Virus record (IMG/VR): IMGVR_UViG_3300020045_019627
Span: 1 to 61,395 of that record
Reading direction: 5' to 3' (one strand)
Length of the DNA stretch: 61,395 nucleotides
Source of the DNA: a virus
Taxonomy: Duplodnaviria; Caudoviricetes
Part shown: positions 48,233 through 58,102 of the stretch, piece by piece
How positions within the stretch are numbered: the first letter of the stretch is position 1
Layout: each line of letters begins with the position of its first letter
The notes under the pieces: generated by a model
Told to the model about the DNA's origin: nothing
The model's database searches: none
What the model saw: the letters and a program-made list of their open reading frames with translations, nothing else
Program-made: the position numbers and the translations under genes

Positions 48233-48488
48233 GGAGTTTTGGATGGGTGTAGATTGGGCATTGACAAAGAGAAAGAAAGACCTACGATTCGTCATTTCTC
48301 TCGTCGATGGGCCAAAGACTGTTGAGTTTTTCACAAGCACCTCTAATATGCCTTATTCCACAGTGCATGGAGCATTAAGAAGGCTTGTTGTGAGTGGAAT
48401 TTGTGCCAAAAGAAAAAACATTGAGCTGCACAGGATGGAATATGGATTGAGCAGGCAAGAATTTCCTGACGAATCATTTTCTTTCTAG
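48213..48488 (+). CDS. Winged-helix DNA-binding protein
   Basis: GPKTVE...MPYSTVHGALRRLVVSG. Confidence 0.7.
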   Translation: MFSVANKEFWMGVDWALTKRKKDLRFVISLVDGPKTVEFFTSTSNMPYSTVHGALRRLVVSGICAKRKNIELHRMEYGLSRQEFPDESFSF

Positions 48489-48505
48489 GTCAATGTTGGG
48501 GAAAG

Positions 48506-48587
48506 AAGCATAGCTAGAGGGGTTGTCCATGGCAAACTGTTTTGAGGGGTTGTGGGGAAGATGCTTTGCCCACCTCTAGCTATGCTT
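48506..48587. terminator. 15-bp perfect inverted repeat between convergent operons
   Basis: aagcatagctagagg/cctctagctatgctt. Confidence 0.7.
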
Positions 48588-48604
48588 TATCCTTTTATGA
48601 AGGA

Positions 48605-49030
48605 TCATGGTAGTTTTTTCAATAATTGGTTGAAATGAACATGTAATTCTTTTCTCTTCTGAATGTCGTGGGTGAGTGCTCGTTCTGCAAGTTGTTTGGT
48701 TGTTAAAAGCCACTTAAGAAATGCAGCAGTTTCTTTACAATAAGGATTCACATCTTTATAGTTCCCCCCGTGTCCAATGACTAAATGGCATAAAATAGTC
48801 TTCTTTCCTTCACACAATGCGATGAGATTCGACTTTTTCAACTCAAGCGTGGGATTCGCATGGAAAGGAATAATGTGGTGTGCTTCAAGACTTTTCTTTC
48901 CTCCACACACCGCACACACCTTCCCAAGTAAAAATTGCTTTCTTATTCTTGACCATTGTGGATGTCGCACATGCCCCTTTGTTTTCTCAAGCACTTCCAA
49001 CTTCTTTTGAGGGTTCATTCTTTGAGCCAA
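48605..49030 (-). CDS. HNH endonuclease
   Basis: CAVCG...EAHHIIP...NLIALC...CH. Confidence 0.9.
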   Translation of the reverse strand: MAQRMNPQKKLEVLEKTKGHVRHPQWSRIRKQFLLGKVCAVCGGKKSLEAHHIIPFHANPTLELKKSNLIALCEGKKTILCHLVIGHGGNYKDVNPYCKETAAFLKWLLTTKQLAERALTHDIQKRKELHVHFNQLLKKLP

Positions 49031-49266
49031 AAGTCAATTGCATCAAGGGTGAATTTTGTTCCTGCTGCGACGAGTGCAGAGGTGAGGCCATTGAGTGTTG
49101 GATTCGACACTATGTTCACTCCATATGCTGCAAACGCAAGTATGGCTGCAATCACAAGTTTCAATGCTTCTTTATTTCCCATTAAAAAAGCCTTGAATTT
49201 GTACCCCTTAAAACTGTATTTCTGAGTCATTGGTTCTGCCGAAGCAGCAAGTTTCTTGTTCGTCAT
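49015..49266 (-). CDS. Small membrane protein, holin-like
   Basis: Two hydrophobic helices at the end of the late operon. Confidence 0.5.
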   Translation of the reverse strand: MTNKKLAASAEPMTQKYSFKGYKFKAFLMGNKEALKLVIAAILAFAAYGVNIVSNPTLNGLTSALVAAGTKFTLDAIDFWLKE

Positions 49267-49286
49267 GGTATTCTCCTCCTATATAT

Positions 49287-50756
49287 CTATTCTTTGTCAT
49301 ACATGATATTAATGCTATCTATTTGTGTATCTGCATTTGAAAAAGTGACTTTTAACGCTAAACTCGTTCCTGCTGCAGAGCTAATGGTGTGCAGTGTTCT
49401 TGGAACTATTAATTCATAAGAAATCCCCCCATTTGCACTAATAAAGAATGAAGCACCTGTTAGTGTTTCCCCAATTGGAAGCAAATATATGTCTGTGATA
49501 TTTGAATTTGCAGGAGTTGCACCACTTGTCCAAGTGCCATTTGTTGTTGTTGGTTTAAGCACCCCATTAATTATTTGCGTTGATGAGTGAATCCCTTCAT
49601 CTGAGTCGAATAAGAACACCTTACCATTATCTAAATCATAAGGATTATTGCTCGTTTCTGTTCTTAAACTTTCTATTTCAACTCGCTGCTTCATTAAGTG
49701 CGTCATACGAATAGTTTCTCGTTCGACACTCACAACTGTCATGGGAGTGCTATCCCCATCTCTGTCAAATGATTGTTCGAAAGAGATGATGCGATAGTAT
49801 TGAGGGGGAAGATTATTTGCCGGATCACTGAGTAGAAGATTCTCTCCAGGTTGCAATGTGGCAAGCATAATGCTCGATATTTCGCCAACTTTCGGAGGAA
49901 TCTTCTTTTCTGCGAGAACAAAATCTGCCTTTTCTTGTGCTTGAGCAGTAATTTCAACGCTATCATCTTGTATAATTAAGTTCCTCTCACCATATGCGGT
50001 GATGCTGGTTTGATCTTTTGCCGTTGCAAATACTTGCACACCATCAATTGTTGCTCCAATCACTCTTATTTTATTCTTAACTTGTAGCAAGTCATCGGCA
50101 AAATCAGATACTTCAAAAATATTATATTCATGCACCATAGCATCAGTTGTGTTTCGCACCGTGTTTTTCTCGAAAAATCGCGCACCACTCGATGCATCAA
50201 TATAGAAATCAGCCCCAACGAGTTCACAAATCTCTTGTATTGCTTGAAAAAATGGTTTTTGATTAAAATTAAGTGATATGTTTGTTCCATATGGATTCGT
50301 GACATTTGTTGTTGTGAATCTACCTCCTCCGTATGTTGTGATGATGTCAATAATAACTGCTCCTGCATCTTGAGATATATATACTTCATTCACATTTTTT
50401 TCCATAAGAAAGAGCGCTTCACTTCTGCCAGAAACAACAACATTATTATCGCGGTATGCTATTTTCTCACATCTTCCTAGAAAACGAATGGTCGTTGCAG
50501 TTGTCGCATAATCACAATAATATTTGAACACCTCCATCCCCGTCCAGATACTTGTGTAATTTTCAGATACATTCGGGATACTGAATTCAAAATTACCTAT
50601 GCTATCGGTAACACCATCTTTCAATTTAAATGATGCAATATTTGTAATATCATCAACAGTTCCATCTGCTCTAGTGACAGTTAATTTAAAAAGTGCTGAA
50701 TAAGTGGGGGGAACCCAAACATGTGTATCAATACCCCCGATGTTGCGTACTGCCAT
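49287..50756 (-). CDS. Baseplate hub/tail tip protein
   Basis: ICELVGADFYID, VKNKIRVIG, SITAYGER; position after Dit. Confidence 0.8.
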   Translation of the reverse strand: MAVRNIGGIDTHVWVPPTYSALFKLTVTRADGTVDDITNIASFKLKDGVTDSIGNFEFSIPNVSENYTSIWTGMEVFKYYCDYATTATTIRFLGRCEKIAYRDNNVVVSGRSEALFLMEKNVNEVYISQDAGAVIIDIITTYGGGRFTTTNVTNPYGTNISLNFNQKPFFQAIQEICELVGADFYIDASSGARFFEKNTVRNTTDAMVHEYNIFEVSDFADDLLQVKNKIRVIGATIDGVQVFATAKDQTSITAYGERNLIIQDDSVEITAQAQEKADFVLAEKKIPPKVGEISSIMLATLQPGENLLLSDPANNLPPQYYRIISFEQSFDRDGDSTPMTVVSVERETIRMTHLMKQRVEIESLRTETSNNPYDLDNGKVFLFDSDEGIHSSTQIINGVLKPTTTNGTWTSGATPANSNITDIYLLPIGETLTGASFFISANGGISYELIVPRTLHTISSAAGTSLALKVTFSNADTQIDSINIMYDKE

Positions 50757-50762
50757 AAGTCC

Positions 50763-53288
50763 TCAAGTTGTTGCATTACTACATATTGTTTCTTCTGCGC
50801 AAGCGCGTAAATATATTTTTGGTTTAAGCAATCTCCATCCAGTTGTACTGTTGCAAGAGTAATCCGCGAAAAGAAAAATATTGTGTGGTTGTAAATACGT
50901 TATATTATTGCTGAGATACGTCCAATTTGTTGGTGTGAGTAATATTTTCAATGTTGAGTTTGAAGAGTTTCCTGCGCTGATATTCACACAAGACATTGAC
51001 TCATTGATATAGATGCTAAAATTGTAGTTTTTTCCCCCATATGCCAAGTTATTCATCTTAAATATCGCGGTGTTTGTTGTTTGACCAAAAGGAGTTATGT
51101 TTTTTGAAGTAGGAGTTTTTGGGATAAATTCTAAGAATGACACGAATCGTGGGAAAGAAAAATTCCATCTACTGTGGTGATATGTTACAGCTATACTTTT
51201 ATTATATACGTAGTCCGAAGTGTGGGCAATTATTTGAATGGTGTTGTTTCCACCAGCATATTTATAACTTATATTTTTTAATTCTATTGTTCCATTTTCA
51301 GAACTGGTAAACGTTATAGGAATAGTTGTTGTATTTCTGCTTCCATTTAAAAAAGCTTCAACAATTGTTCTTGAAATAACAACAGGATTTATATTAAAAT
51401 CATATTGTAATTTCAATCCAGTGATATTAATTGTTCCTCCGGTGCTATAGACATACATAGGAACATTACAGTACCCTTCACTGTCTTCAGTACATTCATT
51501 GAGAAATGTCATAATCTTTCCTGAAAAGTTATTACTTCTATTGTTACTGACATTAAATGTACTTGTGTAATTCCAATCTTTTGATCCATTGATAACTCCC
51601 ACTTCCATCCAAGGATCTAGTGGAGCAATATTCCAATACATCGCATCTTCATATACAATGATTCTATCTGAACAAGCAGAACTGCACCAATCATTGTATG
51701 TTCCAGTGTATTGCGCTCCGGTAGTATATAATCCATCATAAAGAACACTGACTAAGGCTTGTCCTGATGGGTAAGATGGACTACATGATGCCGTTGGAGT
51801 GCAACCACTTGTTGCCGCACTTAATAATGTGTGCCACGCAGTGCCGTTATAACATGAATACACAACACTTCCTGTACCGGATGTTATTTTTGTTAACATT
51901 TTTGTTTCATTGTAATTCCAACACGATGCGGAAAATGAGAGATTAGTGTATGAATTGGTTCCGGCATTGTTATAATAGACTTGCCAAACACTATTGTTCG
52001 AAGCACTCGATGGTTTTGTATAATTTTGCAGCACCTCATTGCTTGATTGGCTTGAGCTAATATTGTTGGCTGTTTCTTGAAGTGAATAATCACTACTTCC
52101 TGTGAAATTGACATAAGAAGATGTCATATTGGCATTCTTAGGTAATCTAAAATATCCAATTATTCGCGTTTCAGATAGGATGAAGACTGATGATTTGTTT
52201 AAATCTGTATCATTAAATGAATTGAGTTCTCCAGAAGTGATATTTTGTAATAAACCTATATTGTTTGAAAGTGTTCCGTTGACATAAATCTTAACATTTG
52301 TTGGAAAGTTTGTTCCCCCTTTGTGTCCAAGAATGCTGATCTTCAAGCTATCAACTTCATCGAATTGATGAGCACTAATATTAATCGTTTGATTTCGGGT
52401 GCTATTTACACTAAGATTTCTTGTTATGTTGCCATCATGTAATATACTTCTTTCGAAGAAAGAAATATTGAATGACAAAAATGTGCTGAGGTTGGCACAA
52501 GTATAATTGATCCCATAGGAAGGATGAATAATATCTATACACACAACTCCTAGATTATTTGTCGCATTCAATGAAAGAGGACTATTCAACTCTGCACTGA
52601 TGTTTTGAAATGCACCTTGAATAGTTATGTTTACTGTGGTATTTGTACTACTTGCCACTCCGCAATAAGTATCGCAAATAGTGAAATTTCTTATAGTTGT
52701 ATTTTCTCCAATAGAATTGCCATGATAAAAAAAAGCAGTGAATAAATTACCAGTTCTTGCACTGACATTATGTGTGCCGTTTTCAGGATTCAACACTCCA
52801 TCAACATACATCTTCACATTATTGTTCGATGCTGTTGCATTCCACCAAAGAGTAATAGTATGATTACCAACACTTCTTGCAGCTTGTGCAGGGATGGTGC
52901 AGCCAGTTAAGTTGGAGTAAAAACCATATGAGTTGAAATTAGTGTTACATGTACCTATAGATAATCCTGCACCGTATTGATCGAGTGCTGTGTCGTTGGT
53001 AAACCCAATAAATAGATTCTTGCCTGCACTGTATGACACACCAGTATCTTCATATATGAAGGTCAAATTATATGTTGTTGTATTAAAAATTCTTGTTGTG
53101 TAGTTGAAAGTTCCGTTATTAATAGAATTAGTTAATAGACTTATGTTCTGTCCGTTATATGCAAGCATTGTTCCATTGAAATCTTGGTTAACTGTTCCAT
53201 TGGGAAAACGATATAACACGTCTCCTGGTACCGATAGAACTAATTGCACGATGAAGAGTAACAAAATAACAAGAAGAATCTTCTTCAC
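50763..53288 (-). CDS. Secreted glycoprotein inside the tail module (841 aa)
   Basis: Signal peptide, LamG-like KMYVDG, very dense sequons, Cys pairs. Confidence 0.75.
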   Translation of the reverse strand: MKKILLVILLLFIVQLVLSVPGDVLYRFPNGTVNQDFNGTMLAYNGQNISLLTNSINNGTFNYTTRIFNTTTYNLTFIYEDTGVSYSAGKNLFIGFTNDTALDQYGAGLSIGTCNTNFNSYGFYSNLTGCTIPAQAARSVGNHTITLWWNATASNNNVKMYVDGVLNPENGTHNVSARTGNLFTAFFYHGNSIGENTTIRNFTICDTYCGVASSTNTTVNITIQGAFQNISAELNSPLSLNATNNLGVVCIDIIHPSYGINYTCANLSTFLSFNISFFERSILHDGNITRNLSVNSTRNQTINISAHQFDEVDSLKISILGHKGGTNFPTNVKIYVNGTLSNNIGLLQNITSGELNSFNDTDLNKSSVFILSETRIIGYFRLPKNANMTSSYVNFTGSSDYSLQETANNISSSQSSNEVLQNYTKPSSASNNSVWQVYYNNAGTNSYTNLSFSASCWNYNETKMLTKITSGTGSVVYSCYNGTAWHTLLSAATSGCTPTASCSPSYPSGQALVSVLYDGLYTTGAQYTGTYNDWCSSACSDRIIVYEDAMYWNIAPLDPWMEVGVINGSKDWNYTSTFNVSNNRSNNFSGKIMTFLNECTEDSEGYCNVPMYVYSTGGTINITGLKLQYDFNINPVVISRTIVEAFLNGSRNTTTIPITFTSSENGTIELKNISYKYAGGNNTIQIIAHTSDYVYNKSIAVTYHHSRWNFSFPRFVSFLEFIPKTPTSKNITPFGQTTNTAIFKMNNLAYGGKNYNFSIYINESMSCVNISAGNSSNSTLKILLTPTNWTYLSNNITYLQPHNIFLFADYSCNSTTGWRLLKPKIYLRACAEETICSNATT

Positions 53289-53665
53289 GATACCACCTCT
53301 GTTTTAAGAAAGTTACCACTTATCCCCGTACTCAAATGTTTCTGGAAAATATGTCCATTATTATTCAAAATAGAATAAGCATCACCCTTGCGTATTTTTG
53401 AAACTCCTTCTCCAGTATATTCAACACTTTCAACAATGCCAGACGTTACAATATTGTTATCAATATCTCTTATTTCAAATTTTGTTATCGTTGTGCCATT
53501 CGCATATTTCGTATCGTTGGAGAGTATGAGTGAATATGCTTGACTTTCAAGGACATCTCCCGCAGGAGTTCTGACAACAACATCTGCTCCAGTTGGTGCA
53601 GTTGAATTTTGTGTACATGCACTAAGAAGAATAAGAACAAAAAAGAAATATAAACTCTTGTTCAT
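53285..53665 (-). CDS. Predicted lipoprotein
   Basis: Lipobox LSAC after a hydrophobic stretch. Confidence 0.65.
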   Translation of the reverse strand: MNKSLYFFFVLILLSACTQNSTAPTGADVVVRTPAGDVLESQAYSLILSNDTKYANGTTITKFEIRDIDNNIVTSGIVESVEYTGEGVSKIRKGDAYSILNNNGHIFQKHLSTGISGNFLKTEVVS

Positions 53666-54063
53666 GGTTCCTCGCCAACAAGGACAGTGAAAGTAACTGG
53701 ATATTCATCTTGATCTTCTCTATTTGATTTATCTATGTTTAATTTTTCAATGTTGATGTCATAATTATCTCCATCCCACACCATGATTATTATTCCACCT
53801 GTTTTAAAACAATTACGCAACTTCGTACGATCAGCACGATCAACATATCCATCAACTGTGAACCTCGTTTCTATACGTAACAAGTCGATTATTTTTGTTG
53901 CATTTGGCCCTTCATTTCTTTTTTGAAACGATTTAGGGGGGGTGAAACTTACCAACTTTTTAGTGTAGTTTTCAGAAACTTTTGAAGAATAAACAGTAAC
54001 CTGATTACTACCACCTGATCCAATAATGACATTATTAATAATTGTTTGATCTGTGTCACTCAT
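53662..54063 (-). CDS. Putative distal tail (Dit-like) protein
   Basis: Directly after tape measure; beta-rich. Confidence 0.6.
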   Translation of the reverse strand: MSDTDQTIINNVIIGSGGSNQVTVYSSKVSENYTKKLVSFTPPKSFQKRNEGPNATKIIDLLRIETRFTVDGYVDRADRTKLRNCFKTGGIIIMVWDGDNYDINIEKLNIDKSNREDQDEYPVTFTVLVGEEP

Positions 54064-55346
54064 ACTCTCACCAATCTCCTGACATCATCGACAAGTTTCC
54101 TGTTAGAGTCATCAATCATGCGCTGTATTTCATTCATCGTCAAAGCACTTATATTTGTTGTTTGATTTATTGTTATTCCATTCCCACCACTAATTCCACC
54201 AAGATCTTTTGCGCCAATAACTGTATCTTGTGGGCTAAATGAGATTGGTGCTTGACCTGGTCGCATAATAAAATCATTGAACTTTTTCGGTTCTCCACCT
54301 TTTTCTCCTCCTGCTGCGCTGAATAAGCTCTTAACAAAACTCGCCCCTTCTGTAAGTAATCGTTTGAACCAATTTGGGAGAATGCTCCACAGTGCATCAG
54401 CAACAACTTTTCCAAGAGTCATTATGATATTAACCATTCCATTGAGTAGTGCAAGACCAAGAGTAACTGCTAAACTTCCGACAAAATAAACTAATCCAAG
54501 AAGTATATCTTTTAATCCACCAATTGTTTGAAAAAATGCTTTTTTGAATCCCTCTACATCTCCTGTGAATAAAGAAAATATCATTTTAAACAATCCTGAA
54601 AAATAATTCACAAATCCTGAGAGGTGTTGTTTTATTCCATTAATTGCTACCATGATCCAATCTCTAATTCCTCCAAAATTATTAGTCCATGCGAGATAAA
54701 TTAGTGCTGCAACTGCTATGATTGCAGCCGCAATTAATAAAATAGGGCCTAGTGCTGCGATGAATCCAGTAATCATAATTGGCCCAGCGATTCCAAAGAA
54801 CATTAACAATGCGTTAACTCCGAGTGCTAGTGATCCAACAACACTTAACACAGATCCCAACACCACCATTAAAGCTGAGAAAATGCCAATAGCTAATTGC
54901 ACTGGCTCTGGAAGGCTGATGAATAGATCGAATAATGCGAGGAATGGTTCCAATAGCAAATCCATCAACGGAATCATAGTTATAAGTAATAAAGCATTCC
55001 ATAATTCGAAAAAACCATATACCTCCATTGCAGGTTGTAATAGTGCACTAAATGTTCTACTGAGCATTTGTCCAAAAAACATAACTCCTAACATTGCCAT
55101 GACATTTTGTTTAAAAGTGAATGTTGTTTGTTTGATGATGTTGTTCATTTTTCTCATGCTCCCCACATTCGAATCAAACATATTTCTCAAATGGTCATAA
55201 TTCTGAGCTAAAGGCATAGTTATTTTTTGCAATGCCATAATTTTTCTTGCAACTAAATCTGTTGATTTAGAAATTCTATCGGCAGCTTTGACATATGCTC
55301 CATCAACAAGTATTGTTTCAATGATTATTCGTTCATTTACCATCAA
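54060..55346 (-). CDS. Tape measure protein (short, 428 aa)
   Basis: Helical hydrophobic core, AWTNNFGGIRD, C-terminal TINQTTNI. Confidence 0.85.
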   Translation of the reverse strand: MMVNERIIIETILVDGAYVKAADRISKSTDLVARKIMALQKITMPLAQNYDHLRNMFDSNVGSMRKMNNIIKQTTFTFKQNVMAMLGVMFFGQMLSRTFSALLQPAMEVYGFFELWNALLLITMIPLMDLLLEPFLALFDLFISLPEPVQLAIGIFSALMVVLGSVLSVVGSLALGVNALLMFFGIAGPIMITGFIAALGPILLIAAAIIAVAALIYLAWTNNFGGIRDWIMVAINGIKQHLSGFVNYFSGLFKMIFSLFTGDVEGFKKAFFQTIGGLKDILLGLVYFVGSLAVTLGLALLNGMVNIIMTLGKVVADALWSILPNWFKRLLTEGASFVKSLFSAAGGEKGGEPKKFNDFIMRPGQAPISFSPQDTVIGAKDLGGISGGNGITINQTTNISALTMNEIQRMIDDSNRKLVDDVRRLVRV

Positions 55347-55610
55347 TCACTTCTTTTTCGTCTGACGAATTTCTTCTTTTTTGAATTCTTCTAATATATT
55401 GAATAATGTATTACATTGTGCTATGTTGATCGGACGTTTCACAATGGTGTGTGTTTTATGTCCATTGCTGTCGAACACATCATACTTTGCACCAATAAAT
55501 AACTCAACACAGGAAAACTCTTTGAAAATAAAACCGAGGTTTATCTCTTCTTGGTGTTTATTTTTCAATAACTTTTGGTTTATTTTTGCAAAATCAGTTT
55601 GGGAAATCAT
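55347..55610 (-). CDS. Putative tail assembly chaperone 2
   Basis: Position before tape measure. Confidence 0.5.
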   Translation of the reverse strand: MISQTDFAKINQKLLKNKHQEEINLGFIFKEFSCVELFIGAKYDVFDSNGHKTHTIVKRPINIAQCNTLFNILEEFKKEEIRQTKKK

Positions 55611-55614
55611 CGAG

Positions 55615-55992
55615 TCACTTCGTCAATTTGTTGTTATTTTCCTCAATTATTTTTTGCATTTTTGATTTTTTATCACTATTCATATCACTGACTAAAGCAA
55701 TTGCTTCCATTATCTCATCGAGATAATTAATGTCTATTCTTCTAGCTGCCTGCTCTTCTATTTCTAATGAAGATGATATTATTTTTATTAGTAATTCTGT
55801 CTTTTTCCTCGTTTCGGTTTCTTTAGATAATTCATCGAACAAATACATTTTATCCAATCCTATCGGCCAAACTTCAATAGTTGCTCTTTTTTCTTCAGGT
55901 AAATGTTGTCCTATCAAGAATTTTCTTGAAACTATTTGTATGCTTTCTATCGCGTTCATTCTATTCCCCTCCTCGTTCAATGATTTTGCCAT
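55615..55992 (-). CDS. Putative tail assembly chaperone 1
   Basis: Position between tail tube and tape measure. Confidence 0.55.
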   Translation of the reverse strand: MAKSLNEEGNRMNAIESIQIVSRKFLIGQHLPEEKRATIEVWPIGLDKMYLFDELSKETETRKKTELLIKIISSSLEIEEQAARRIDINYLDEIMEAIALVSDMNSDKKSKMQKIIEENNNKLTK

Positions 55993-56314
55993 TTAAAAGT
56001 TTGATAGTTGTTTTTTTTTCTTGTTGCGGTTGAGTGATTTGTTCTCGTAATTGCATGAGTTGTTCTTCTATTGCATTGATGCGATCATGGATAACTTGCA
56101 AATGTTGTTCAGGAATCCCGTCGATAAGCCACTTTAATGTCATTCCAAAATCGTTGCAAAATTCTTTCTCCGCAAGTTCAGTAAATCGCTTCTTCGTTTC
56201 CAAAGGGATTCTCGCTATATAAAGACTCTTTTCCTTGTCAGTGCTAATACGTTGCATGATTTGTTCAGGGAATGGAGATGTTGTTTGAGGGGTGTTTTCT
56301 GTCATTTTTATCAC
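55961..56314 (-). CDS. RHH-like/coiled-coil protein
   Basis: SLYIARIPLETKKRFTELAE...TLKWLID. Confidence 0.55.
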   Translation of the reverse strand: MIKMTENTPQTTSPFPEQIMQRISTDKEKSLYIARIPLETKKRFTELAEKEFCNDFGMTLKWLIDGIPEQHLQVIHDRINAIEEQLMQLREQITQPQQEKKTTIKLLNGKIIERGGE

Positions 56315-56368
56315 TCTTTTTGTGACTTTTCCACAAAACAGAGAGGGAAAAAGTAAAAAAAGAAGGTT

Positions 56369-56983
56369 TTATGCAAACTTGTTGCTTGTGGTATATGCTG
56401 CAATAGCTGGCAGGATATCTGTTCCACTTGCTCCTTGGCAACTTTCGAAAACAACATTCGCAACTGCGCCTTTGTCAAATGGAGTGCATTTTCCTGTGAA
56501 AGTGAACTTCAAGAGCTTATCGCCAGTGAATTCCCATGATACATTGGTGAAGACCACTTCTGCAAAGACTTGTCGAAATGCCATGTAAGTATCAGTTGTC
56601 GCTGAAACAGCACTCGTCACTGTGGTGTCGTTGGTGAAGAGAACTGCAACACGGAACAAACTTCTCGTAAAGTCATTGGTGATCCTCACTGGTGCGCTGG
56701 TATCTGCTGTGTGCATAAGATCATACAATCCTTCTGCATCAGTGCCAGTATCTGTTCCTGCGGCAAGACAATATGCAGTCATTTCAATGGTGAAATCTGA
56801 TTGTGGACTCCACTTTCTCACTCTCCCTCCGTTAACAAGGGGAACTCCTTCGATATCTTTCTCTCCCCCACTAATAGTAATATCCTCAACAAGAGCGTGA
56901 AATTTCACATCTGATCCTCCACGTTTTGCTATTGCCACTAATGCCTTCTCCATCCAGGCATCTTCAACAGGTAATGCTGCCAT
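56369..56983 (-). CDS. Major tail tube protein
   Basis: 204 aa, beta-rich; canonical position; strong RBS. Confidence 0.7.
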   Translation of the reverse strand: MAALPVEDAWMEKALVAIAKRGGSDVKFHALVEDITISGGEKDIEGVPLVNGGRVRKWSPQSDFTIEMTAYCLAAGTDTGTDAEGLYDLMHTADTSAPVRITNDFTRSLFRVAVLFTNDTTVTSAVSATTDTYMAFRQVFAEVVFTNVSWEFTGDKLLKFTFTGKCTPFDKGAVANVVFESCQGASGTDILPAIAAYTTSNKFA

Positions 56984-57030
56984 AATATCATCTCCAAACC
57001 CCTTTCAGGCGGGTTTTTTTCCTTGGGTGC

Positions 57031-57534
57031 TTATATTATTGCTCTTTTCACATCTCTTCGTAATATGCTGTTCAGTTTTGGTCTGGCTCTTCGCCAACCA
57101 TTAAGTATGAAAGGGTGCGGTTTCACCAAGACTCCGACACGAACTCCCCTTGTACCACTTGATACGATCCTTGATTGCAAGCGCAACGTAGCTGATCGTG
57201 CTTGTGCAGCCCATGCGAGGAGTCTTGTTCTTGTTTTCTTTAAGGAAACGTAGTGAGGATTCATGCTGTCGAGTTGCACACCATATTTAGCGATAAAAAG
57301 CCTTCCAACTCTCCCTTTTGGTCGTTGTTCCCAACGTATGCCTTGGGCAAACAAATATCCAGTGAAAGGAACAATTCCTGCTTTCCTTGCAGCATTTTTC
57401 ATATCATTGGCAAGTATTTGCCCCCACTCCTGCATCGTAGTGTTTGAAATAACATCAGGAAGTTTCTTTATTCTTCCCAATCGTTGAATGAGTGGTTGAA
57501 TTCCTGAAACTCTCACTATAAGAACAACACTCAT
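57031..57534 (-). CDS. Neck protein (HK97 gp10-like)
   Basis: Basic; KPHPFILNG motif; position. Confidence 0.65.
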   Translation of the reverse strand: MSVVLIVRVSGIQPLIQRLGRIKKLPDVISNTTMQEWGQILANDMKNAARKAGIVPFTGYLFAQGIRWEQRPKGRVGRLFIAKYGVQLDSMNPHYVSLKKTRTRLLAWAAQARSATLRLQSRIVSSGTRGVRVGVLVKPHPFILNGWRRARPKLNSILRRDVKRAII

Positions 57535-58052
57535 ACACTCACCCGTTTTCTTGTCATAAATTTGATGTTAATACCTCTTCGATACACAAGTGTATTGTTT
57601 AACTCCTCAATTGCCACATCTTCAGTGTCAACCTCTATATTGTAGAGTCCATTTGCCTGGAGTGTGTTTCTATTTGTCGTGTTGTGAAGTGTTTGTAGCA
57701 CGTTATCACTAATTGCATCGAGGTGCTCCATGCCCTTAGCATTCTTATTGTTATATTCTCTGTCGGAAGCCACCACTTCAACCCGAATCATGTGTTCGAC
57801 GATTCTTCGCTTCATATCAAGGCTTCTTGCATGCGCAAACACGGAAGCAGCAGGATAAATAATGATAAGTGGAAAGTTCTTGAACTCTTGCGCCACAATG
57901 TCAGGCTCACGCGAGTATATCCATTTCCTATATTCTGTGCTCACCGTCACAGGATCAGCAACATTCGAACGATTTTCAAGCAAGGCGATGATATTGTTTC
58001 TCGCTTCACTTAAGAAGTTAGTATAGGTTACTCGTGTTGGCGTAGTTGTCAT
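57531..58052 (-). CDS. Putative tail terminator/completion protein
   Basis: FPLIIIYP motif; position. Confidence 0.6.
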   Translation of the reverse strand: MTTTPTRVTYTNFLSEARNNIIALLENRSNVADPVTVSTEYRKWIYSREPDIVAQEFKNFPLIIIYPAASVFAHARSLDMKRRIVEHMIRVEVVASDREYNNKNAKGMEHLDAISDNVLQTLHNTTNRNTLQANGLYNIEVDTEDVAIEELNNTLVYRRGINIKFMTRKRVSV

Positions 58053-58102
58053 TGGTCACTCCTCGGAGCGTACTGTGAAAAAAGAGGAATTGCGGCAAGT
58101 AC

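Noticed and set aside
55600-55680. Programmed -1 frameshift between tail chaperones
   Set aside because: The downstream ORF is in the +1 frame and has stops just upstream of its ATG
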